Virus record (IMG/VR): IMGVR_UViG_3300046786_000293
Location: 256,001 to 320,000 of that record
Direction: 5' to 3' (one strand)
DNA length: 64,000 bases
Origin: a virus
Lineage: Duplodnaviria > Caudoviricetes
In this document: piece by piece, positions 27,236 through 37,016 of the stretch
Layout: each line of letters begins with the position of its first letter
How positions within the stretch are numbered: position 1 is the first letter of the stretch
Program-made: the position numbers and the translations under genes
The notes under the pieces: model-generated
Databases searched by the model: none
What the model was told of the DNA's origin: nothing
Seen by the model: the letters and a program-made list of their open reading frames with translations, nothing else

Positions 27236-27673
27236 TTACGACGGATTTCTGAGTAATTCCATGCTCACAATTTGGGCAATTGCCGCAGATGCATCTTCGG
27301 TGTCGGGAATTACATAATTTTGGTATTGATTTCTGTCGTTGCGGTGATCGTAACTACGCATACTCAAGATGATTCCGCCTCGAGCACTAGTTACTTGGAA
27401 TCGAATTGCGTGGTCATCTTGGTAACCGAGTTCATCTTCTCTAGTAGAGATAGATACTTTAGCTTCATTTTCCGGGAACATGAATGCGTGTAGTTTGCGA
27501 CGTAGCCATTCTTTCATAGTTGATTTTTCTTTGAGTTTAGTTGCTTTAGTTACAGTGGAGTTTCTGTAATTTTTTGGATAGACTTTTCCTGCAGGGATTC
27601 CCTGGCTTCCAATTGCGTTACTTCGAATCCTCGGTACAGAGTATTGCGAGTTCGCGTAGTTTGAGTTCGGCAT
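27236..27673 (-). CDS. Hypothetical protein (start uncertain)
   Basis: Open frame ending IAQIVSMELLRNPS. Confidence 0.6.
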   Translation of the reverse strand: MPNSNYANSQYSVPRIRSNAIGSQGIPAGKVYPKNYRNSTVTKATKLKEKSTMKEWLRRKLHAFMFPENEAKVSISTREDELGYQDDHAIRFQVTSARGGIILSMRSYDHRNDRNQYQNYVIPDTEDASAAIAQIVSMELLRNPS

Positions 27674-27983
27674 CTTTAAGACTTTCGATTGCATCTGCCA
27701 CAGCAGGATGTTTCTTTGCTAATTCTTGATATTCAAGTTGACGAGCACGTTCTTCTTTGGCCCAGTCTATTGCTTGTTGAGCATCCGGAGTCAGCTCTAC
27801 AGTTGTATAGTTTGTGGGCATAGTAATCCACGAATTGCCATCGTAGACTTCTATGTTCTGTGTGCTTGGACTATATCGCATGTTGCCTATACCGGTGGCA
27901 CCACTATAAGCATTTAAATACATTGAGCTAGAGCTACCGTTAATAACATTAACGTGCTTGCCGCCCATTATACCTTTAATCAT
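27618..27983 (-). CDS. Hypothetical protein
   Basis: 121 aa; GNMRY...EVYDGNSW. Confidence 0.7.
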   Translation of the reverse strand: MIKGIMGGKHVNVINGSSSSMYLNAYSGATGIGNMRYSPSTQNIEVYDGNSWITMPTNYTTVELTPDAQQAIDWAKEERARQLEYQELAKKHPAVADAIESLKDAELKLRELAILCTEDSK

Positions 27984-28188
27984 CTAGTTCCATCTCGCTG
28001 GCTTCGCGAACTAGAGCAACTAGCTCGTCTATCGAGCCGACCATAATTTTAGCAGTTTTGTAGTCGCCTTTTTTGTTCCGACCACCAACTTCAAACATAA
28101 ATCCATTGTCGTAACGATTGATGGTGAAAGATTCGTTAACCTTGGTCAGTTTGTCGCTGACCTTGGTTACAGGTTTAGCAGTTGCCAT
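27976..28188 (-). CDS. Small hypothetical protein
   Basis: MATAKP...ESFTINRYDNGFMFEVGG. Confidence 0.7.
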   Translation of the reverse strand: MATAKPVTKVSDKLTKVNESFTINRYDNGFMFEVGGRNKKGDYKTAKIMVGSIDELVALVREASEMELDD

Positions 28189-28222
28189 AATTGATTTTTC
28201 CAAGTTGGTTGATTGATTTAAT

Positions 28223-28504
28223 TTACTGTGGATCGCGATCTTTGTTAGCAGCTAATTTAGCATTCACTTCATCGTGAATCTCAGACATGCGAGGTGTACC
28301 CAAAGCGTTTTGCACCCACTGTATCATAGTATCATTAGTAAATGCACTAGCAGGTTGGCCTTGTGCTTCTGCTGGTAAATCAGTAAGTTCTCCTAGCACT
28401 TCTTGCATATAAGCGCCGTCTCTAACAAAATAACCCCAACGAATGCGGTTTAAATTGCCTTGTTCGTTGTTGAATGTTTCCATAATGTGCCAATGGTAAT
28501 CCAT
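28223..28504 (-). CDS. Hypothetical protein, probably late-expressed
   Basis: 93 aa with an AGGAG RBS and TAAATA at 28524-28529. Confidence 0.7.
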   Translation of the reverse strand: MDYHWHIMETFNNEQGNLNRIRWGYFVRDGAYMQEVLGELTDLPAEAQGQPASAFTNDTMIQWVQNALGTPRMSEIHDEVNAKLAANKDRDPQ

Positions 28505-28526
28505 AGATATCTCCTAATATTAGTAT

Positions 28527-29255
28527 TTATCGTGGTGCAAATTCTTGTTGGAGCTTGATATTGTCAAAGAATTCTTTCTTTGTGCCTGCATCATCTTTAA
28601 AAGCACCTCTTAGAACAGTGGTTTGCGTGAGACTAGAGTGCGCCATAATGCCGCGATTTTCACAGCACCCGTGCGTGGCTTGGATGTAGACCGCAACATC
28701 CTTGGAACCAGTAGCAAACTCAATCTCTCTTGCAATGTCCATGCACAACTCTTCTTGTAGTGTGCCTCGACGAGCGCACCATTGAGCGATGCGACTATAC
28801 TTCGATAACCCAATAAGTTTAGGTCCAGCAATAATACCAATATACGCAACACCCGAAACAGGTTGGTGATGATGGCTACACATACTCTTGAGTTCGCTAC
28901 GAACAACAAGCATTCCGTCATACTTACCTTCACTATCATTAGGGAACGCAGTAGCATTGGGACTTTGTTCATATCTACCTGCCATAATCTCATTGAAATA
29001 CATTTTAGCAAGTCTACGTGCTGTACCTTGACTATTAGGATCAGTCTCTCGATCAATTAGTAGTCGATCAAGCACTAATTCAAATGCTTCTGTTGCTTCG
29101 TCGATAAGTTGGTCCATATGAAACTCATCAACATAATCACTGATGTTGTCTCCAGCCCAGAAACGTTTACCTTCTCGTTTCATTTTAAAACGAAGTACAT
29201 CTGCCAGGTACGCTTCTTCGTAACCACCTGTGTCTAATTCCTTACCGATATCCAT
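28527..29255 (-). CDS. folE: GTP cyclohydrolase I
   Basis: TARRLAKM, SMCSHHHQP, GLSKY, LQE, HGCCENRG, TQTT...G.F. Confidence 0.95.
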   Translation of the reverse strand: MDIGKELDTGGYEEAYLADVLRFKMKREGKRFWAGDNISDYVDEFHMDQLIDEATEAFELVLDRLLIDRETDPNSQGTARRLAKMYFNEIMAGRYEQSPNATAFPNDSEGKYDGMLVVRSELKSMCSHHHQPVSGVAYIGIIAGPKLIGLSKYSRIAQWCARRGTLQEELCMDIAREIEFATGSKDVAVYIQATHGCCENRGIMAHSSLTQTTVLRGAFKDDAGTKKEFFDNIKLQQEFAPR

Positions 29256-29258
29256 TAA

Positions 29259-29885
29259 TTATTCCTCGATTGTAAATTGCCGCAAATCTGCGTATTCAAC
29301 ATATTTTGGTTTAGGCTTATTTTCTTTAACGCCCTTTAACAACGCTAACCCCCATTCTGCTTCTTCGGGTCGCGGTTTGTAGTGATAACCTATCTTAAAT
29401 ACTTTTTGATCAGTCCACGGTTTAATATTTAGGTCGCGACCGTCATACCGCATACGAATTAATGCTTCATATGCTTGTGCATCGTCTAATAGTATAGCAC
29501 CACCTCTGCCTATATGTAAAGGTTTATCGTGTCCAAAACTCAAACATTGAATCATTCCAGGGCGATACATATTTTGTTCTAGTCGACGAGCACTATCCCA
29601 AATGCGAGTAAGTTCGAACTTATACTCGCCAACCCAGTGTTGACGATGTGACACAGTGTCGGGGTAGTACTCGTACTTGATACCTAATTTATGCATGGTC
29701 ATTGGAATGCTAATATAGGTATACGGCGTAAATGTACATTGTTTAATGTTGTCGTAGCGCATACACATTTCAATGGCATGGGTACAACAATCAGTCATAA
29801 TGGCATAAGGTGCGCCAGTAAACTCTGCCAGTTCTCGTTCGAACTGAAAAATTTTATCAAAACCTGTTAACGAGCTCATTTGCAC
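29259..29885 (-). CDS. Short DegT-like PLP-dependent aminotransferase
   Basis: TDCCTHAIE, WDSA, LSFGHDKPLHIGRGGAIL; only about 208 aa. Confidence 0.8.
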   Translation of the reverse strand: MQMSSLTGFDKIFQFERELAEFTGAPYAIMTDCCTHAIEMCMRYDNIKQCTFTPYTYISIPMTMHKLGIKYEYYPDTVSHRQHWVGEYKFELTRIWDSARRLEQNMYRPGMIQCLSFGHDKPLHIGRGGAILLDDAQAYEALIRMRYDGRDLNIKPWTDQKVFKIGYHYKPRPEEAEWGLALLKGVKENKPKPKYVEYADLRQFTIEE

Positions 29886-30924
29886 TAAAAAACTTTTCCG
29901 TTAAATCCAATGCCTGTTGTTTAATCAACGGCAAATAACTATCATATTCTTCGATATAGGATGTAATACGATTACAAATATCTGTTTTGTTGGCTACATA
30001 ACTGTCCCAAGTAATAGTCCAGTTACTGGGATATTTAAACCGGTCGGTGTACATTTCTGAATAGGACAATCGATCAGGCACCATGGGAATAGCATCTACT
30101 AATGCACCTTCGTAACATCCGATACCCAATGTTTCTTGTAGACTAGCACTGAACACAATCTTTGCTTCGCCGAGAATATTATGATATTCATTCTTTGTTA
30201 GTGCTTGATCCTGACAAACAACAAATTCATACTGGGGCAGTTGTTCTTTAAGATCTCTAAATATTTCAACTTGCTTCTCAGGCGCAATACGATGCGGGAA
30301 TACAACAAGGTTGCGCTTAGTCATACCTTTGTATGGAGCAAGAGTTTGGTCCATATACTCCATGGGCCAACCAGTGCGTACAATCTTATCGTTGTCGTGA
30401 TTTTCTCGCAAACCAACAATACAACCTAGTAGTTCTTCACAAAACAATTCGATGTGAAAGTCTGTAGCAAAGTAGTTATAATCAATAGCGTGGAAGAAAC
30501 TCTTCTCTGCATGACGTACCCATGGGGTGTTACCAATTAACCGACCTAGAAAGTCGTGGGGATCATAACTACCAGCATGCCACAATGCGTGAATCTTAAC
30601 TGGTGTGTTAAGAAGTTCACTCATATACTTTAAGTTTATGATGCCAGGATGCCAAGCATCAGTAAACAAAAAATGATCGCCAGGCTTAACTGCTCCGGAG
30701 CAGAATAAACGGCCCATTCCTTCAACTTGAGCAGACTTATAGATATTAGTCCCACCAAAGTTAAGAAAAGCACCAGGAGTGGTTGCACTAGGGATATCCG
30801 TAGGACCAGCAAGAATTTGAACATTGTGTCCGGCCTTTCTCAGCAAGTTAGGTACGTGATCTTTCCACTGAGCCGTGTAGCGTGTTTCTACAGGCTCAAG
30901 ATCTATCAAAAAGATATTAGCCAT
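29857..30924 (-). CDS. GT-B fold glycosyltransferase (family 4-like)
   Basis: FPHRIAPEKQ, QETLGIGCYEG...PMVPDRLSYSE. Confidence 0.85.
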   Translation of the reverse strand: MANIFLIDLEPVETRYTAQWKDHVPNLLRKAGHNVQILAGPTDIPSATTPGAFLNFGGTNIYKSAQVEGMGRLFCSGAVKPGDHFLFTDAWHPGIINLKYMSELLNTPVKIHALWHAGSYDPHDFLGRLIGNTPWVRHAEKSFFHAIDYNYFATDFHIELFCEELLGCIVGLRENHDNDKIVRTGWPMEYMDQTLAPYKGMTKRNLVVFPHRIAPEKQVEIFRDLKEQLPQYEFVVCQDQALTKNEYHNILGEAKIVFSASLQETLGIGCYEGALVDAIPMVPDRLSYSEMYTDRFKYPSNWTITWDSYVANKTDICNRITSYIEEYDSYLPLIKQQALDLTEKFFSANELVNRF

Positions 30925-31120
30925 TTGCTCGTTCGGCTTGTCTCATTTGCCAGTTACGAGTCTTTTCAAATTTGCGATATTGCTCGCTTTTATAAAGATC
31001 GCGCTCGTCAAACTTTAACATATTAAAACGACAGTAATCTTTATACTGCTCAAGATCATCAAAGATCCTGTTGACTTCTGGTTTAATTTTGAGATATTTC
31101 TCTACCCATTTTTCAGCCAT
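30917..31120 (-). CDS. Small hypothetical protein
   Basis: 67 aa, coupled to the glycosyltransferase gene. Confidence 0.7.
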   Translation of the reverse strand: MAEKWVEKYLKIKPEVNRIFDDLEQYKDYCRFNMLKFDERDLYKSEQYRKFEKTRNWQMRQAERANG

Positions 31121-31131
31121 TTTATTTTCCT

Positions 31132-31581
31132 TTAGATTTTAACACTAAGATTAGGTCGGTGAGTTTCATATTTAATAAGTGCGCCGTTTTCACCATCTTC
31201 AGCCACTTCAATCCAAACTGCCCGATTGGGATACCGTTCAGCAATTTGTAGATATAAGTCATCTGCAATCATTTCGCAGGATTTGTAGTCGAGTTTGAGG
31301 ATTCCGCCTGCGTAGAGATTTTCGAGCCAGCGTTTGAATTGGATGAACTCGATGTCTCTGTCATTGTGTACAACATCAATCCACACCCGGAAATGGAAGA
31401 TATGGCGGTGAGGACTGCCAAGGAAACTAACGTCATACTCATCGCCCGTCGCAAGTTCGGGTGCTGTTGCGGCTGCTGGATAGCAGTGTATTCCTTCTTT
31501 GCGGAAGGTAATCCAGATTTTTCGTTCTGCATGTTGCTTGATTCTTTCAACAGTTTCTCGGTCAGTTGCGTTCATTTTCAT
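31132..31581 (-). CDS. QueD-like T-fold protein (DpdL-like candidate)
   Basis: FLGSPHRHIFHF, DRDIEF, SCEMIA, IEVAEDGENGA; second QueD-fold gene in the window. Confidence 0.65.
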   Translation of the reverse strand: MKMNATDRETVERIKQHAERKIWITFRKEGIHCYPAAATAPELATGDEYDVSFLGSPHRHIFHFRVWIDVVHNDRDIEFIQFKRWLENLYAGGILKLDYKSCEMIADDLYLQIAERYPNRAVWIEVAEDGENGALIKYETHRPNLSVKI

Positions 31582-32107
31582 CTTCCTCTTCTACTGGAAA
31601 TACAGTTGTATCTCCTACATAATCTTTCCAATCGGTATATACACTACGAGACATTAGTTTATTAAGAGGATGACACCATACGCCAGTATTTGTATCGCCC
31701 CAAGTATTATCATCAATCTTAACAGTGGCATGGTAGTTATATAGTCTAATATAAGGAATCTTAACACTGATCATGGGAATAAATGTTTTATATTCGCACC
31801 ATGATTGCTCATGTAGATCTCTACAATATTGTACATCAAAGTCTAGTGTAACATAATAGTCTTTAACTAGCAAGGGTTTGATCATGTCATCCCATTGTGC
31901 CCAATCGTAAGGACTGAAGGGATGAAAACTTTGGCTAGTACCAAAGTAGATATGCCGAATCTTATGTTTTTCTGCTAGTTTAACGATTTCGTCTACAGGT
32001 TTAATACCTACAACGAATAAGGTCGACTCCCCCTTCATGATAGTGTTTTCAACTTCTGTGCCAACGAAGTAATCTACTTGTTGGCGCCCACTTGTATCAA
32101 TAGCCAT
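31562..32107 (-). CDS. Hypothetical protein in the deazaguanine cluster
   Basis: Start re-placed at MAIDTSGR; YFVGTEVE, TLFVVG, HIYFG, VKIDD, GVWCH. Confidence 0.7.
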   Translation of the reverse strand: MAIDTSGRQQVDYFVGTEVENTIMKGESTLFVVGIKPVDEIVKLAEKHKIRHIYFGTSQSFHPFSPYDWAQWDDMIKPLLVKDYYVTLDFDVQYCRDLHEQSWCEYKTFIPMISVKIPYIRLYNYHATVKIDDNTWGDTNTGVWCHPLNKLMSRSVYTDWKDYVGDTTVFPVEEEDENERN

Positions 32108-33026
32108 TATTTTCCCAATAAATGTAGCCCCTGCTATATCCAGCGGGCCTGTTGTTACCGTCTCCGAATGCTTGTTGCCATTCGGTGTTTCTATTATAAC
32201 CTTTTGTCCAGAACCTGTCAACTACTAGGTCACCATTTGTAATCCAATATTCGGCATCTTTCATACATTGATAAAATTTATCTGTTCTTGGACTTGGAAA
32301 TATCATAGTACAGGCTTTCCAAAGTAAGTTGCCCCAAGAACCTTCGATTTCTTTTTCGACACCCATAACAATCAATGATTCATTTTTGACAATGTCAAAG
32401 TCAAACACTATGTTGGTGGGACTAAGATCAATTACAACATCAAATTGACCTGTGTATGTGGGACTCAATTTGTCGCCCCAAAGTTCTTTGTTGCTGTGTC
32501 CAAATACAGTAATTTCGAAATCTAAATGATTAAGCAGGATAGTGTTATAAGCAATCCAAGCAAGAAAGCCACTACCCAGTATTAAGAGTCTGCGGCCTGA
32601 TCCGCTTCGTTCGGCAATTTCACGTAAGGGTTGGTGAACAACGTTAATGCCGCAAGCCACTGGTTCCAATATATATCTTGGATGAGCCTCGGGAACAACA
32701 ACATACTCTCGATTTCTAACATTGTAAATATCGGCGTAGGCCGGTTCACCTCTTGTTGCAACATAGTCTCCGAATTTGACATCATTTATTTCTGCTCCTA
32801 TACCAATTACTCGGCCTAGTCCTTCATGTCCTTGCATATGCAAAGGTAAAGGACCAAAGTTTCCTAACATCATATCTACATCACTGCGACACACACCAGT
32901 CATTACAGCACGTACACATATTTCGTCTGGAGCCAATGGCGGAATGTTGTATTCTGTTTCTATAAACTCGCCTTGGCCTGAGGTTGCTAGTACTCTGTTT
33001 ACAGATTTATTCTTTTGTGAATCCAT
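32097..33026 (-). CDS. Zn-dependent (MDR, GroES-like) sugar/alcohol dehydrogenase
   Basis: GVCRSD, GHEGLG, GDYV, ILEPVACG, LILGSGFL. Confidence 0.85.
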   Translation of the reverse strand: MDSQKNKSVNRVLATSGQGEFIETEYNIPPLAPDEICVRAVMTGVCRSDVDMMLGNFGPLPLHMQGHEGLGRVIGIGAEINDVKFGDYVATRGEPAYADIYNVRNREYVVVPEAHPRYILEPVACGINVVHQPLREIAERSGSGRRLLILGSGFLAWIAYNTILLNHLDFEITVFGHSNKELWGDKLSPTYTGQFDVVIDLSPTNIVFDFDIVKNESLIVMGVEKEIEGSWGNLLWKACTMIFPSPRTDKFYQCMKDAEYWITNGDLVVDRFWTKGYNRNTEWQQAFGDGNNRPAGYSRGYIYWENNGY

Positions 33027-33874
33027 AGATCCTGCTCAAATTGATTAAGCCAATAGTCGTTATTGGTTCGATTTTCGATGGCTTCTTGAATCATTGCTCG
33101 ATAAGCATATTCAGGACACAAGCCCAGCGGAATCTTGTAATCGTCAAAATAGATAGCAACATCGTCGTGAGTATTACTACGCCAATTTGCTTTAATTGTC
33201 CATTTCTTTCCGTTAACTATACCCTCTAATTCGACACTATCGTCAACATTATAAACACCACTGGGATCAACAGCGCCGTAGTCACTGTCTTTAAGATCAT
33301 CTAAGTTCCAGCGTTGCCATACTTGTTTGAATGTCCAGTTGGTATTGTAGTACTGGGGTTCTATAGCAATCATAAGACTTAGTAAATGAGGAAGCAAATC
33401 TCTACTTACTCCGCCGAACGCCATGTCTTTATTAGTAAACCAACTTCCAGGCTTGGGCACACGGTTTTGATTAATCCAATTTAGTTTAATATTATTAGAA
33501 GTCTGGTAATGCTCGCGCATTTCTTTAAGATTGTCACGCCATTGGTTATTTTTAACCATCATAAAGCGTGTAGTAGTCATATAATCTGTGACCATAGAGC
33601 GCCACAGTTCTGCATCTGGTACACCAGGTTTCTCTACAAATACAATACCTGCTTCGTGAATAGCCGCATGGCGTGCAATGTTTAGATGTGTATAGTTGGG
33701 CGTACAGATATGTACAGTATCAAATCGACCATGCGCCGAAAAGGCGAACCCATAGTCATAAAAATCTGCGCCCATAGCAGGATTTTGATCCACTGTTATA
33801 ACTTCGTGGCCAAGCTCAGTAAGCACGGACTTATAAAGTTGTCCAATGCCCATACCAATAATTAAACTCTTCAT
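32999..33874 (-). CDS. Gfo/Idh/MocA family oxidoreductase
   Basis: LIIGMGIG, HICTPNYTH, FVEKP, GGVSRDLLPH. Confidence 0.85.
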   Translation of the reverse strand: MKSLIIGMGIGQLYKSVLTELGHEVITVDQNPAMGADFYDYGFAFSAHGRFDTVHICTPNYTHLNIARHAAIHEAGIVFVEKPGVPDAELWRSMVTDYMTTTRFMMVKNNQWRDNLKEMREHYQTSNNIKLNWINQNRVPKPGSWFTNKDMAFGGVSRDLLPHLLSLMIAIEPQYYNTNWTFKQVWQRWNLDDLKDSDYGAVDPSGVYNVDDSVELEGIVNGKKWTIKANWRSNTHDDVAIYFDDYKIPLGLCPEYAYRAMIQEAIENRTNNDYWLNQFEQDLWIHKRINL

Positions 33875-34092
33875 TTAACTCGTTTTAGTCTAGTAGTTAC
33901 TTTAGCCCGGACTGCCGGTTTCTTTTGACTTAGTTCGTATTGCATTGTAGCATCACGCACCTCTCTTGCCAAGGCTTCATCGTCCCAAACTAATTCAGTT
34001 CGCCCATCTTCGTATGTAGTTACAGTTAAATGTGTGCCTTGTACAATTTTAGGCCAAACTGTATCGTTGCTTTTATTTTTACGTGTTGCCAT
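33871..34092 (-). CDS. Small hypothetical protein
   Basis: 73-aa ORF in the operon. Confidence 0.65.
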   Translation of the reverse strand: MATRKNKSNDTVWPKIVQGTHLTVTTYEDGRTELVWDDEALAREVRDATMQYELSQKKPAVRAKVTTRLKRVK

Positions 34093-34119
34093 TTTCTTTT
34101 CCTGAGAAATTTTATTAAT

Positions 34120-34332
34120 TTATCGATCATCGCCATAGTCGATTGTTTCGTGATCGTGTTCCCATTGCAGTCGTTCGAGTCTACGGATCTCGTCTTTAAG
34201 TGCAAGTTTTTGTTTTTTCCATTCTTGCATCAATTGACTTTCTGTACCTGGATGTTCGCGTTCGTGTTTAATAATACGTTCATCTAAAACTCTGTGGGAT
34301 TCTTTTAAATGTTTAATTCGGCCTTCATACAT
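34120..34332 (-). CDS. DUF465/YdcH-like coiled-coil protein
   Basis: LKESHRVLDERI...KKQKLALKDEI. Confidence 0.75.
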   Translation of the reverse strand: MYEGRIKHLKESHRVLDERIIKHEREHPGTESQLMQEWKKQKLALKDEIRRLERLQWEHDHETIDYGDDR

Positions 34333-35467
34333 AAGGATTCTCCAGATTAAATGTTTGACTAAAACTTTGATTTCGAGATAGATCTAGATCTTTTGTAAAT
34401 TCTGCAAATTTTTCGACAATCTTTGGTTCGTCACAGGTATTTAATACATTTAATATATTTCTTAAATCATTAATACTGTGTTCTGGGTTGTTTGTTACAG
34501 CAGCTAATAATTGTATAGATTTTTCTAATTCTTGTCTAGCCCGATTGGATAACTCGCCAGTTAATACATACGGGTTCAAACGTTTAGGCCATTGGCATGT
34601 ACCAAACCAAAGTTCTAATGGTCCTTTAGCAAGTTTTTTGGTTTCTATAAAGAACTCTACTACACGACTAATATCTAATACACTATACGCACTGAGGGTT
34701 GCATTCATTGCGACGCTATGCCCTAATTCTAAAATACTTTTTATATTTTTAATAATCACTGGCCAATTGGAGCCGTATCTGATATATTCAGCTGATTTTT
34801 CAACGCCATCTATACTTAATGTCCAATGTACTCTTTTAAAGTGTTTAATTACTTCTAGCCAATCTTGATTCATAACACTACAATTAGTTGTTATTAAAAT
34901 TTCACAATTAGTGTTTCCGATCGCAATTAATTCTTCTAATATTTTTAAATTGTCTTTAATTAGTAAAGGTTCGCCGCCCGTAAACAATATTCTATTAACA
35001 TTACTTAGATTATTTTTAATATCTTCTGCAATGTTTTCATATAAGTTTTTTCTAGGTAGTATATTATTATAATATTTCTGAAGAGAAACATTCTCAGTTA
35101 CTTCTCGTCCAATACTAGAACTGAAATCAGGACTACACATCCTACAACTAAAATTACATAGATTATTATATCTTAAATCGTAGTACTGTATTTTATGTTC
35201 TATATTATCTTTGTTAAGTAAAGGATAATCTCTTATAGCACTTTGCCTTACGCTGTTCAACCCTTTACTTTCCAACTCGTAGCAACCGTTACAGTGACTG
35301 TGCGGTGTGTCATTTAAAATATTATTTTTAACTTCTTGTAGTTCGGTACTATGTTCAAATTCTGAGGGACTACAAGATTCTTGATAGCCACTGTTACAAC
35401 ACATTTTAACACCAGTTGTTGTTACAAACTGGTGAATCCAAGGTAAAGGGCACCAAACTTTAGACAT
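34325..35467 (-). CDS. Radical SAM protein with an N-terminal SPASM/twitch-like Cys cluster
   Basis: CPLPW...CC...CNGC; CNFSCRMC; FTGGEPL; ITTN; SIDG. Confidence 0.88.
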   Translation of the reverse strand: MSKVWCPLPWIHQFVTTTGVKMCCNSGYQESCSPSEFEHSTELQEVKNNILNDTPHSHCNGCYELESKGLNSVRQSAIRDYPLLNKDNIEHKIQYYDLRYNNLCNFSCRMCSPDFSSSIGREVTENVSLQKYYNNILPRKNLYENIAEDIKNNLSNVNRILFTGGEPLLIKDNLKILEELIAIGNTNCEILITTNCSVMNQDWLEVIKHFKRVHWTLSIDGVEKSAEYIRYGSNWPVIIKNIKSILELGHSVAMNATLSAYSVLDISRVVEFFIETKKLAKGPLELWFGTCQWPKRLNPYVLTGELSNRARQELEKSIQLLAAVTNNPEHSINDLRNILNVLNTCDEPKIVEKFAEFTKDLDLSRNQSFSQTFNLENPYV

Positions 35468-37016
35468 TTTGTTCTAATTCATCTAGAGCAGACTCGTCTA
35501 ATCCGCTGTCGTCGATGTGATGTTCTTCGGGTTCGACTTGATCAAACAAGGAATTAAACATAGTACCAGCGTTAATAGTTTTCTTACCTACTGCTCCACG
35601 AGTACCAATGATACTTAACCAATATCTATTGTAGTGTTCGATAAGTTTTTCTGCACGACCACGATCACTAGTAGCAAAGATATCATTAACAATATCTCGG
35701 AAGAATGTGCGATCATAGACTCTAAATCCTTTCTTATCCGATGTAGTTGCAACTAACATCTGCGGATATGAGCCGGCGTCATATTGTCTATTTGCTTCTT
35801 GCACCGCATGAATGTGCGTCCATACGTTATGTCCCATCTGTAAAGTATAACTAAAACTGTCCCAGCTGGTTCGACCTTCTTTACCAATTTTGTTTAAGTC
35901 TCCGGGTTTGTAGTGACAAACATCGTTAACAAGCAATCGTTCACTGACTGGACTTTCTAAGAAAGTATCAAATATCTTGTCTTGCAGTACTGCATCTCTA
36001 AATGTACGAGAATCTGTAGCATACTTTTTATTATCTATGCTAGGTTGCATTTGATAACTCCATTTAGCACGATCCGGAGTAACTACATCATAGTAAATTT
36101 GTCCATTAGCAGTTGCTAAAAATGGACTCGCACAGTCGAAACTAATAGTAAAGTTTTCATTGTGATACTTACGCACCGCACGTTGAACATCGGTAAGCAA
36201 AGTTGCCCATTCGAGTTTACTTGTGCCTAAGAAATGCATCCAGTCATGTAAGCCTGGTTCTAGCAATCCATCGAATCGTAACGCCACAAGTCTACGCAAT
36301 AGCAAGTGAACATCACACATATTTTGTCCACCCATAGCCCAACCTTCGAATGGCTGTGCGTATTGCTTAGGATCGCAGTATTTTTTCATACGTTCATACC
36401 AATCGTCAGCATCAGTGTGATTTTCACCTTGTAGAACGTTTAAGAACTTGCAACGACCAGTTCGTTTACGCATGAAGTATTCATTATTAATATATGTAGC
36501 GTCGACTGCTTCCTGATATGTGCTAATACCAGTAGCACGTTGACCTGCAGGACTACGTGCAACCCACGCAGGAATATCCAAAATCATACCTCGATCCATA
36601 TAAGCATCCATCCATGCAAGAACTTGTTCACGTTTCTTTTGTGCTTTTGGACAATTAGGATCTTTCCAGTCGCCTTCCCATACACCCTTACCAATTTGAA
36701 ATCCGCCCGAGTCCCCTAGTACAAAACTATTAGGATCACGATTGCGAACCATATCTTCCTTGGCATCAAACTTGTTTACATCTAAATTGGCATGACCTGC
36801 ACTATACAATGCCCATTTATAAGGGAAATAGGCTTCTTTAGGATTAAGCCAATTAAGTCCTTCCATGCCATTTTCGAACTTAGCTGGCATACGTTGGGCA
36901 TCTACGTAATTGGGGTCGTGCCGTTGCTTGCCTACGTAGGTTGCATAGAACCCGCTTAACGCTGGCAAGAACACAGCATAGTCATTTTGTTTGCTGGTTA
37001 AATTATCAATTCTCAT
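35460..37016 (-). CDS. dpdA: DpdA, 7-deazaguanine DNA transglycosylase (TGT-like, long form)
   Basis: VLGDSGGFQ, MILDIP, NVLQG, WAMGG, MHFLGT, SFDCASP; co-located with folE, queD and queE. Confidence 0.8.
   Translation of the reverse strand: MRIDNLTSKQNDYAVFLPALSGFYATYVGKQRHDPNYVDAQRMPAKFENGMEGLNWLNPKEAYFPYKWALYSAGHANLDVNKFDAKEDMVRNRDPNSFVLGDSGGFQIGKGVWEGDWKDPNCPKAQKKREQVLAWMDAYMDRGMILDIPAWVARSPAGQRATGISTYQEAVDATYINNEYFMRKRTGRCKFLNVLQGENHTDADDWYERMKKYCDPKQYAQPFEGWAMGGQNMCDVHLLLRRLVALRFDGLLEPGLHDWMHFLGTSKLEWATLLTDVQRAVRKYHNENFTISFDCASPFLATANGQIYYDVVTPDRAKWSYQMQPSIDNKKYATDSRTFRDAVLQDKIFDTFLESPVSERLLVNDVCHYKPGDLNKIGKEGRTSWDSFSYTLQMGHNVWTHIHAVQEANRQYDAGSYPQMLVATTSDKKGFRVYDRTFFRDIVNDIFATSDRGRAEKLIEHYNRYWLSIIGTRGAVGKKTINAGTMFNSLFDQVEPEEHHIDDSGLDESALDELEQNV

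Noticed and set aside
20920-37016. A complete tRNA queuosine pathway (auxiliary metabolic genes)
   Set aside because: No QueC, QueF, QueA or QueG in the window, and the TGT-like protein is the long DpdA type lacking the bacterial Tgt C-terminal Zn motif, so DNA modification fits better.
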